DNA from: Iphione sp. A-MEVVRFRX5
Lineage: Eukaryota
Assembly (NCBI GenBank): GCA_976226885.1
Contig: OZ320316.1
Coordinates: forward strand, 57,908,001-57,972,000
Length of the DNA: 64,000 bases
Direction: 5' to 3'
Shown here: positions 53,514 to 64,000 of the stretch, piece by piece
How positions within the stretch are numbered: the first letter of the stretch is position 1
Layout of the letters: the number at the start of each line of letters is the position of its first letter
The notes under the pieces: generated by a model
Seen by the model: the letters and a program-made list of their open reading frames with translations, nothing else
The model's database searches: none
Told to the model about the DNA's origin: nothing
Program-made: the position numbers and the translations under genes

Positions 53514-55045
53514 TGACCCAGATTCACCACTTTTAGCACTGTAGGCCACTATTTGAAATCCGAATTTTCCCAAATCCAAACAATTTCGGCGGAAATGGCG
53601 ATCGTTCGGATTTGGAGTATCCTCTGTATATGAATAAGATATGGCATAGACTATATGTTCTATGAGGTAAGTATTGACAAGAGAGTGCTGTGATCTTTTC
53701 CTCATTTCAGGCATACCTAGTACCTTTATAGGGATCGCTTTAATTTTCCAATTCCTATCAACTTTACTCATGCATACAAGTTCAGGCCAAATGAAAACTG
53801 GTGTTGTGCAAAAGATGGCACTGTCAATGGAATGTCATATGGAGCAAAAAAAATCAAGCGCGTGATATTTAAGACATAATATGATCAACAATAAATTCAT
53901 CCATAGTGTATTTAAAGTGCACTTTGTATGTGAATGACCGGGATAGTGCAACTCTTCTCCTCAGAGCAGATTCATGGCTACGTTCATAAAGTTAATACCT
54001 TCAGCTCAGAAATTCACAATTACGCATGATAAAAGCGCTTCCTTGGTAATCAAGCAGCACAGCCAAATGCAGGCAATAAATTCCTGTTAATATGAAATTT
54101 AATCAGGTCAAGTATTTATTTAAAACGTCCAGTTATGTTGGCAATAAACCAAATACGACTGCCATTGGGAGAAGAAAAGGTAAAAGCAATACACTATCAT
54201 TTGGCAGTAGTAAAGTATGAGAAATACATTCAGTATATTGCATCGTCCTTGAAACATTAAAAAAAACTCCTAAAAATCCTTGAATAGCACATGACACAAA
54301 TATAGTTGTAATCAAATCTTGCATATTAGTCTGTTGTGGAAAATTTCATTGGTTAACCGAAATATCCATTTAAAGGTAGTTAAACTATTCCTATAGCTTT
54401 TAGATTCTGGTAACGGGCAATTCGGATACATGGGATTTTGAAAGGGTAGGATCATTCTGAGTGACATAATGTGCCCTTCAGGGTATTATTTGCCCTCTGA
54501 GAATTTGATTTATCCAGATTTATTCAATATGTTCAACGCTCTTTTTGCACAAATTGTAAACGCGGAACATTCTCGTTCAACCGTTTCCTAGTTTGTTTTC
54601 CTTTTGTTACTAGGAAATACTCTACCATCTAGTGTACAGGATAAGATGTCACCTACTGTCTCTAAATCAAGTAACTGGGATGGCTATAGGTAGGGCAGGT
54701 GTCATACACCTAGAACTTCAAACAGCTTATTGACTACACTATGTTAGCATTGCATGTAAAATCTACCTGAACATGTGTTTATTCCTGGGCTGGTTTTGAA
54801 GTCTGAAAATTGCGAATTTACACTTTTGCCAACGGTAATGTACGTTAGATCTCTACATCAAATAATTACAACGAATCCCTGACGACGAAAATATGCATGA
54901 ATCGACCTAGCTTTTCTACAAAGATACAGGCATCGATAGATTATCTCGATGTAAGATATATCAACAACGAAATAAAATGACGTACAGATTGTTTTTTTTT
55001 CCTAACACTAAATTGAAATTTCTATTCTCTGCCCCTGTCTCTCTT

Positions 55046-55048
<3 letters not shown>

Positions 55049-55101
<53 letters not shown>

Positions 55102-55121
55102 TATACATATATATATATATA
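55049..55121. repeat. Compound microsatellite (CT)n-(TA)n
   Basis: About 27 CT units with one interruption, followed by about 9 TA units. Confidence 0.97.
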
Positions 55122-56534
55122 CATAAAGCTTTCGAATGAGAAGAACGTTTCAGGGAAAGTTATCAATGTCCTTAACTATCTTCAATACCGTCTGAGGCTT
55201 CACTGCTGAACAACACAGTCATCATCATCTAGGAACCATTTGTGCCTCACGAGACAAATATGCAAATGAAACTAATGACTGTGCCGTAAAAATGAATCGA
55301 TTAGGTCCAAAGTAGTGGCGTTCCTTAAGGACCTTTCCCTTGAAATTGATGAATTTCAGTTTCACAAGATCTCTTATCATCCAGCAAGTCTCAGTAGAAA
55401 TCACTCCGGAGTTAAATTCCCCGTGTCATAAATAACGGTGTAATCAGCTGGTGCCTAATCTGGTGGTTCAAGTGGGATTAAGGTGCTGGAGTTTGCCCCA
55501 AATAAAGTGCCTGGCAAAAGAAACTTAACGTCATCACCAGACCAATATGAGGACGTGAGCGGCATGCAAGTGTTTTGGAGATGTCACAGTGAAAAGGACC
55601 AGCTCACGATCATTACCGGGAAGAAACGAGAAAACTTTTAAGCTGACCAAAAACAAAGATATCAGGTTATGACCAATACAGACCCCACAACGAAGATTCC
55701 ACTGACACTTCACACGGAAATTAAAAATCACTGCTCTGATTGTCTGTAAATGATTTCGCATCAGTCGTTCGAAGTTTTTTTTTATTTGATTCACCGTCAG
55801 AGAAGAACGGCCCACGCGTTGGTCACCCCTATCGCCAGAGCGAGAATAACTTTATTAAGCGAATGATAATGTGATCAAGGAAATCTTCCGGGGCTTCCCT
55901 AACCTGACGGATCGACAGCTCCCTCACTCTCATCGATTGCTTCAAATGGTGCCTTAACTACTGACTGCATGCATTCAACCATGTTTCTCGGCATCAGCAG
56001 TGAGGCAAAAGAGAATTGGACTCATAGTTTCTGATCGAGTGTCGATTTACGATGACACCCAACACCATTCGCCGTTTCCCATGGGTTCTGGCACCCGACG
56101 GAGGAAACTCCATCTGCCACCTACCATTTTATACAAGGGAGACATTGAATATGTCAGATGTGTCACGCAACGCGGATATGAGCTTACAAAAACGGATATC
56201 GTTACTGTCTGATAGAAACTGCACCACTTTCATCCCACACAATATAGGCTAGTCCCCTGGGCCGATTCTGCTACGTCAGAACGGTCTATTATCATGGGAG
56301 GGAGTCAACCAGGATTGACTCACAGAACTCAGGGTGACAAGTCGAACAAAAATATTTTCAACCGAGGACCGCTTGCAAATTAATTGCCTTTATTTGCGCC
56401 TATACACGTGCATTATCGATTTGTGTGATAAAACATTAACCGTTGTGGAGTGCATAGTTTAAAAATACTCTAATTATTTTGTCTTTTTGAGGAGATGATG
56501 TCCGTTGAGTATCACGCTTCTTTTAATAGTCATC

Positions 56535-56590
56535 TTGGTGTTGTATAATAAGTTGGAATGATAATTTTCCCCACTCCACGTGGATATTAA

Positions 56591-56648
<58 letters not shown>

Positions 56649-56702
56649 GGTGTTGCATAATAAGTTGGAACGATCATTTTTTCCCGTTCCACGTGGATAT
56701 TA
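56535..56702. repeat. About 55-bp direct repeat pair separated by (ATT)19
   Basis: ttggtgttg.ataataagttggaa.gat.atttt..ccc..tccacgtggatatta at 56535-56589 and 56647-56702, with a perfect TAT/ATT run at 56591-56648 between them. Confidence 0.96.
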
Positions 56703-57180
56703 CGATCAATTACGTAGGTGCCGCTATCAAATAGGATTTAATCTGAAATAAAAATGGAATGCCACGAAATCCTTGCGGCGTACATGTTCGAAATGCGACG
56801 GTGTTGGACCACTGCTAGTGACTCATTGTCTGAAAGGAATCTTTTTCTATGGACCTAAAACGAAAAGACAATACCTATACGTTTGAGACAGATATTAATG
56901 GATAATTTTGCATCCACCCGTAAGCATAAAAAAACCAAATTACTTGAATAAAAGCCAATTGAAGCATAATAGGAAAGCTGTTGTCATGGTAACAGAACTA
57001 AGAAAACACTCCTTCATTTGACTTTGAAACACTGCACATAGAACAGGACAAGAAGGCAGTAATAACAGTTACAGCAAAATAAAGAATACGAAGTTAAATA
57101 GTTATTGTCAGAGGTCATCTTCGGAATCATGTACCATTTTTTCGCTTACATTGTTAGCTTTCATTTGATATATATTTCCT

Positions 57181-57302
57181 AAGATCTAAGCAGTATAAGT
57201 GGTATTACCATACAAATCTTTTGCTTTCAGGATCTTTTAGCATTGACAAAAAATAAAAATAAAAGCAATGGGACCTACGGACCGATCCTATTATTTCAGC
57301 TT
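57181..57302 (+). mobile_element. Partial second copy of the 8735-9066 MITE family
   Basis: Aligns by eye with 8913-9037 (attaccataca.atct..tgctttcaggatctttt...aaaaataaaaa...gacctac.gac.ga.cct...ttcagcttg). Confidence 0.75.
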
Positions 57303-57687
57303 GATGACTTTAACTGATTTAAAGCACCCCCAATCACAACTCTACGATGTGCCTATACAGTGAAGAGGATTAGGTCCACCGAGTCCATAGACAAGGTGGC
57401 CTTCATGCTGTCACACACATACAAATGCATACACACACACCTTGGGCACTTGTCCGTGGGCACTTGTCACCCCTGGATCTTGATACCCCTTCCTCCCAGT
57501 CTAGAAGGTTTCAGTTGGCGAGGTGACAGCTGAGACGACCTTGTTTGTGTTTGGCAGATCTCAGCAGACCCTTATCACACACACATACATACACATGGCC
57601 ACACACACATGGGCACACACAAAGTCACACACACATCTCAGTATGAACGAAATTTGAAACACAGGAGAATAGGGGGGTGGGTGGGTG

Positions 57688-57972
57688 GGGGTCTCCCCCC
57701 CACATTAAATAAAGGAAAAGAGAAATATTTCAGGAGGCTCTGCTAAAGATACATTTGGTTCCTGAAAAGGTGACAAATATTTCTATAGGTAGTGCTAAAG
57801 ATACGTTTAATTCATGAAATGCGGCAAATTTTACTGGAGATGTCTTGAATTCATGAAAAGGTGGCAAAAATTTCTGGGGGTAATGCATTTGATTCATGAA
57901 GATGCATTTGATTCATGAAATTATTACAAAGAAAAGGGGGGGTGTAGGGGGGTCTCCCCAACATTAATGCAA
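57688..57972. repeat. Degenerate about 50-bp tandem array framed by two gggggtctcccc..acatta motifs
   Basis: aaatatttc...gctaaagatac.ttt..ttc.tgaaa and attcatgaa recur at 57723-57920. ggggtctcccc.acatt occurs at about 57688 and 57948. Confidence 0.7.
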
Positions 57973-58931
57973 AATTAACACATTAAATGCGAAAACAAAA
58001 AGGGTGAAAGTTGTTAACTAACTGGCACACTTTGATGCCTTGTTTCATTTGTTTTAGCGGTGACTAAGTTGCAAAGCAACTTCCTATATATAACAAGATG
58101 TTATTGTAGTTTATTTATTCGTAATAACGTTTAATAATCATACGGACCACACCTGTTTTTACATCGCACATGCTGCCAGCAGTACACTTCCTGCAACAGC
58201 CAAAGGTATTGCAAGTTTACAGTTTCAGGGAATATGTATATTTGAGGGATTGCAGAGCAGTCATAACATTGATCATAAAGCAAGTCAGTAACCGAGAATT
58301 CCAACGCTTTTGCATATAATCCACTAATATCTCCATATTTATTTCTGCCGCGACGGTAACTACAGGAAAATGCGAACATATATAAACTAGTAATAGCAAA
58401 TAAATATTGCAATTTGTTCTGCAATTTTGTGTAAAATATGCAGTCACTTACCAAGAAACGTGTGACGTCATGACTGCCAATATACCTTCTGGGATTGACT
58501 TTCTGTGATGCAATGAAATATTTTGGTTCCATTTGGAGGCTTTCTTGTCAGACTATAATGCAGTTGGGACCCGAGGTACTCAACACTAAGTAATGGTCAT
58601 GCCAGACATGTCCCCTGAAGGTACCTGAGGAGGCTTTTAGTTGCAACCACGTGGGGCTTGTGTGCTTAACCTATCCTTACAACATCCTTTCCTCTCCGCT
58701 TTATGCTCACCATACCTCTCCTCTAAGTCCACCTTCGTTGCTACCGTTTCTCCGGAGAATACTAATATTTTCTTCAGTCCTCCATTACTAACGCCCTCTC
58801 TGTATGGTAGTCCCCGGGTATTCCAACTTTCAAACAGGTATTTTGGATCAGAAGGAATGTTCCTCTGTCATTATAGAAATCTGACACACTCCTACATTGC
58901 TGGCGTTCTTTCAACTACAATGAGACCTCAC

Positions 58932-59100
58932 TAGTGCAAAACCCCACTATTCCAACCACCTTACTATTCCAAAACAATTCACTTGGTACAGAATAAGACA
59001 ATTTATTATTGCAAAATACCCTAACTATTCCAGTTCCCTCAAATTCGCTGCATAATCAGTTGGTACCAAATGGTGTTGCATTGATGAGGTTTCAATGTAT
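58932..59100. mobile_element. Possible degenerate Tc1/mariner (pogo/Tigger-like) MITE
   Basis: There are three copies of actattcca. The ends tagtgcaaaaccccactattccaac and (reverse complement) tacattgaaacctcatcaatgcaac form a loose inverted pair starting with TA. Confidence 0.3.
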
Positions 59101-59888
59101 AGGCACTGATATGACAAAACATAATTATATGTACATTTTGTGTCAGTCTATTATCCAATGATATCATCCATAATGTTCTTGTGAAACATGATGGTTCTGA
59201 AAGGACCGTCACGTGAGTTGACGCAGGCGGGAAAAATCCTTATTTCAAAGACGAGATAGACAAGAAATACAGTGGGAACATATGCCAAATGAGTGTCTCA
59301 ATAATACTTAGAGCATATAATTTATTTCATGGACGCCCTTCATGAAAGATACTAAGACTTTCAGTTGAAATATCAGATTATACATGCAGATGTATTTGAC
59401 ATTCGACATTTCGGACGCAACAGGGCACAGATCATATCGTTAGGATACAATTTTAAAAACAGATATTGGGAACGATATAATGATATGTATTTTGATCCAC
59501 TGGCTGCACCACCCTTTTACAATAGGCGTGTTGCATTTGACTGTGGGGGCCTGCAACAAATGGACTCTTGTCTCATGGGCAAGAGAAAATAAAGATGCTT
59601 CTTCTATTGGCCCAGACAGGTCACGTGAGATGGTATTTTACTCTCCCTTGAGCACATCGCTGCTTGTCGGATGTATGACTAAGCGGCAGTGCAGATATTT
59701 GCCCATTTTCGAATTTTTATTTGCAAAACCTGCGAAAATGATTGAATGATCATAGTTTAGTATTGGGGAATGTGCGTGGAGATACTGCTGATTGCTGACT
59801 TTTTGGTGTTGCCCCTGGGAGCGGGGTTGAAACGGACTTCTTCCAACACGGAATGTAATATCGCATGCTGATGCTACTTTATTTGCAG

Positions 59889-60056
59889 GGGTGATCGTGG
59901 AGGACGAAGAAGTCAAAGTCCATGGGTCAAGTCGACTGGATCTGGTGCGAATAGCCTGGTCTGAACTCCGATTCCAAAAGGGCATCATCGAGGTGGATAT
60001 CCAGTTTGTCCCCATCAGGCGCAGGTCCGATATCACCATGGATATACTCGTAGAAG
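59889..60056 (+). CDS. Candidate symmetrical phase 1-1 coding exon (G-VIVEDEEVKVHGSSRLDLVRIAWSELRFQKGIIEVDIQFVPIRRRSDITMDILVE-G)
   Basis: Acceptor ctactttatttgcag|GG and donor GAAG|gtgggt bound 168 nt, open in phase 1. I counted 34 of 55 codons ending in G/C. The translation alternates hydrophobic and polar residues like beta strands. Strand is ambiguous because the antisense frame is also largely open. Confidence 0.38.
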
Positions 60057-60486
60057 GTGGGTTGAGGTATATTACATCTAAAGTAGAACTTTTACCTTCT
60101 TGCCGTGTTCCAACCACGGAATAAGTGTTTGTCAATGCTGTATCAGCAGGCTACACTATATATTCCAAGCTCAAAGACAGCAGTCCACCTACCTTGTGTG
60201 GCTTGTGATTTGTCCCACGGTAGTGCACCCGCAAACCTCTGGGCCCAATGTCACAGGGAATCTTCTCTCCCCTGATCCTGGTTGACCCAAAACACAGAAA
60301 AGTTCAGGATGTAGGTGGTGTCCGAAACCCCATGATAGCCTTATGGCTGATGAATCCTGGGGTGATGGCATGCACATCTGCATGGCTTGGGGATGCCCGC
60401 ATGGCAGCACATCACGGCGACTGCAGACACTTGGAGTGAAAACGCCACGGCAGCGCCCTGTAGGAACGATATCCAAATCCCTCCAC
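59927..60486 (-). CDS. Alternative two-exon model (60486-60193 and 60077-59927) ending ...HTRCNIPQPTFYEYIHGDIGPAPDGDKLDIHLDDALLESEFRPGYSHQIQST*
   Basis: A 294-nt open exon (part of ORF 60189..60629) ends CAAG|gtaggt. A 115-nt intron ends ctactttag|. The phases join in frame and add 49 codons to a TGA. No homolog recognised. Confidence 0.3.
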
Positions 60487-61413
60487 CTAAAGACATCGGC
60501 CATCCTCTCTGCAGCACAGCAGCTGTAACAAGATGAGTGACAATCTACAATGACACACAGAGCCAGAAGATACTCTAAACACAGAATTGGGCTGCCTGAA
60601 CGGTGAAGCCCTGTGGTTGCCAATACCACAACCAGCTAATGAATGAAAAAAAATAAATGAATGACAGCAGTCCACGTTTAAAGACGCATTTCATATAGTG
60701 GTGTCTTTTTATGAGACGTGATGAAAATGTATGTCTCACCAAGTAGGTTGTCAGCTTTAACATATGTTGACGAGTTTCTTTAAAGAAAATTCCATTTCGG
60801 TTAATTGCTTTTTAGTTAATGAGAGAACATGCGGCAAGAATAAGAATGGCTTTCCTGTGTGTGTTTTCATCAGACTCACTGTTTTTGAGAGAAGCAGGAT
60901 AGCTGCCGACAGATAGGTGAAAAACAGACCATTTCCAATGGAAGAAACAGATGAGCAATCCCCTCAATGTCACATCGCGTTTAATTATGTCTTTGGGAAC
61001 ATACTACACCTGTTTGACATTTTTCAATATTCTACACAATCATACCTTGAAATGACTTTCTCATTTCGCACTACTGCTCAAACTACCGTCGCCTTCTTAG
61101 TAAATGTAATAATACTTACGTTTGATAGTACCTTTCACTGTTCTTACAGAAACACATTTCGTCTCTTAATGAGGAAAACGAAGGCATACAGCATGTCATT
61201 ATGTTTGAAATATCGTGGCAAAATTCACTTGACAACTCGGTTGCTTCTTCCGGCTGAGCGTGAAGTTATATTAGTGTGTAGATAAGTGTATATGCATACT
61301 GAAGCTCCGGTGTGTTGAGATACAGCCGAGAGTCGACGAGCACACCATGAATCAAACACTAGATAAGCTCTGTGTGCTCATTAATGTGGGCCGCCGAAGT
61401 CTAATTATTACAG

Positions 61414-61508
61414 GAAACACCGACAGAACCAGCAGTGTGGATAAATCCGCCTCTACCGTTCGTCTCTGGATCGGGGCTTTAATCACATTGATTTCTTTTC
61501 TACGCTAA
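61414..61508 (+). CDS. Candidate terminal exon encoding a GPI-anchor-signal-like tail (G-NTDRTSSVDKSASTVRLWIGALITLISFLR*)
   Basis: Acceptor ctaattattacag| is in phase 1. Small residues (SAS) are followed by a short spacer, a hydrophobic stretch and a stop, the established layout of a GPI attachment signal. Confidence 0.28.
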
Positions 61509-64000
61509 GGGGAGAAATACACTTTTCCATAGTAGAAATCCGGTTGTATTAGTCCTCTTGCCATCACCAAGCCATTACTGGATTTTGAATTATTTTCCGA
61601 ATGCATTATAGATGAAGATCCTATCGCTCCGGCACGGAATTGTGTAATATATAATAGCCATTCTGTTGTTGTGCAAGGCCGCACATAATTGCACAGTTTC
61701 AATTTATAGATTGTTATTACAGGCCATGATATTCAAGGCAACAACTAAACACTTCACGGCATGACAGGCGACAGTAATGCATCGATTTGGTTCATAAAGA
61801 ACGCCTATTATCAGAGAGTTCAATCATACCTTACGAAAATCAATCATCCTTACATCTAACGATGGATTGATGTAATCTGACTTTAAATAGGAGCGATTTG
61901 TACTACATATCGTCACCAAACACTATAATAAACGCACCAGTTCATATAAGATATTGATCAGTGAAGAATTCGTTTAAAAAAGCAAAACAAGTCGCAGTTT
62001 AAAGCCATTCCGGTTTCTTTTATGTAAAGCTACATCGGACATTTCTCATAGGAACATAGTGGAAGAATCGCGCATATAAAAAAGTTGCTCAGTATGATGG
62101 GGTCATTTAAAAAATAAACCATCATAGGTCGCTTCATAATCTCATTACCATATCAACGACCATGGAGGACAAGGGCTCAAAATTAGACATCCCAGTAAAG
62201 AGAGGATTTTTTTCCGTTACGAGGAATGCCAATGGGGAGGGATAAGCGTGGAAGGACATTGAATTCATCATCAGACCAAATGTGCATGAAGGTCATATTA
62301 AGAAAGATCAGGCCATGTGGAAAAGAAATTCGCTAAATTACAATATTTTTAAAACTTATGTATATGGCATCTCAGAAAAAGAAAAAAAAAGAAAAGGGAG
62401 TGTTATTGCACGTATTCTTGATTGATGCATAAAGGTTGATCAGTCATGTTTTTGCTATAGAAAACTTTCAAACCACCTAAAATACTATGAAAATTTTCAT
62501 TTGGCTCACACAACTTTCGACAGTGGTAGAAGATGATTGATTTCACAGAATCTAAAAAAGACACAGGGTTGCTTTAAAATATATTTCATCACAAGCATAT
62601 GTGCACAGCTCCAGTATAGGGAAACAAAATGTTACATTCTCTTGTTAGTAAATTTAATCAAATCACATATTTTAGGGTGAAATGAAATATTATTAGGTTT
62701 ATCTTTATGATTAATATAGATAATGTATCTATGCAAGCCAGTGATTAATAATTTAATTAATAAATCTTGGCTGGTCTGGTTATATAGTCATAGATACATC
62801 TGTGGTTCATTCATAACACTGGACATTGTGATACTGCTTTGTATTATTAACAAGGAATCCTGTCATTTATTCAAAAACCATAGTGTTTCTGTTTCAATGT
62901 ATAAAATTAACTTTAATGCAATAAAAAAATTAATTATCAACCCTTTCTTTACATTTCCTTAGAACCTATTTTCAGTAATGGATCACATGTGCAAGTAGCA
63001 ATGACACAGGACACCACAGTTATGAATGAACCAGCATATAAGAATGCCACCAATTGTCCATAAATTATGATTTTAATATCAGATCATTCATACTATTCAA
63101 CAAATACATGTTTTGCAAGTATCATAAATGAAAAGTACAATAAAAATTATACATGTAATGGCAATAACAGTTTAAAATACAATGTATATGTAGAAATGTA
63201 ACATTTTGGAAGTGATTTTTTGGTCAATTTTTCCATAAAATTACTCATAAACATGACAATTGTGTATAAATTAGAAATAAATTGGTTCTAACAGGTTCTA
63301 TGGCATGTAGTCAACAAAATAAGGGGCTTTCATTATATATTTTAATTTTTATTATTTCTCATTTTAAAGTCTTTTTAGTATCACCCCTCTATTTACCCTA
63401 TACTGGAGCCATGCACATATGTAATGTTATAATGTTTTTCTTCGGTAAAACAAACACATATCTTGCCAAAATGAAGGTCTGAAGCGAAGTCAGGATTAAG
63501 CCCCGCCTGCATGATTTAATTTCTGACAGTCAAGCATCCTTAACAGATCATAGCTGATGACTTGGTAAACTGACAGTAGCTTGAACAGTATATACAACGA
63601 TATACTACACCTGATACTGCGCGGATGTTATTCAGTACGGCCGGAATGAAAAGATATTCATATGATGTACATACATGTGACAATGACCAAATATCTTTTG
63701 CCAGTCCTATCAAAAATATTTTTAAAAATAAAACACTGACGCTAATGCCATTGCCGAATCAAGGCTATACATTTACGGTAGGTTGAACCAATTTTGTAAC
63801 AGATTCAGATGAGGACTCACATGTTTTTATCAACATTTTTATTTTGCATAATTTTCATTTTGAAAAGTTTGCATAAACTATAGCTATTTATGGAACCATT
63901 GGACTATACTGGTTACAGATACTCCAGGGATGCATGTGATGTTACCAATTGAAATAAAGGCTAATAATAATCAGGAGGAATGGTGAAAAACATTTGCGGT

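Noticed and set aside
60080-60120. Walker A-like GTRQEGKS in ORF 59638..60135
   Set aside because: No Walker B or G3/G4 motifs follow. The rest is Ser/Thr-rich off-frame-like text and the motif lies in the predicted intron.
63480-63570. Possible tRNA-derived SINE head on the - strand
   Set aside because: The A and B boxes are too degenerate and no cloverleaf could be drawn.

Overview
This is eukaryotic, invertebrate-type genomic DNA, roughly 40% GC by eye. AT-rich spacers alternate with 0.3-1 kb GC/CpG-richer islands. The palindrome TACATGTA is strongly over-represented (at least 16 copies counted by eye), which fits a marine invertebrate such as amphioxus; the taxon is an inference. I found no rRNA, tRNA, CRISPR array or operon-like structure, and none of the listed ORFs translates into a protein I can confidently name. 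The well-supported features are repeats: microsatellites, 30-70 bp minisatellites, and a PIF/Harbinger-type MITE with a TTA target-site duplication plus a second partial copy. Less certain are several splice-site-bounded candidate exons. The best are a + strand signal-peptide exon (47391-47524), a phase 1-1 exon (59889-60056) and a GPI-signal-like terminal exon (61414-61508), which can be joined in frame. A competing - strand two-exon model overlaps 59927-60486. A Myb/SANT-like fragment lies at 11558-11812. All gene models are hand-built hypotheses with a substantial chance-match rate and need RNA-seq and homology searches.
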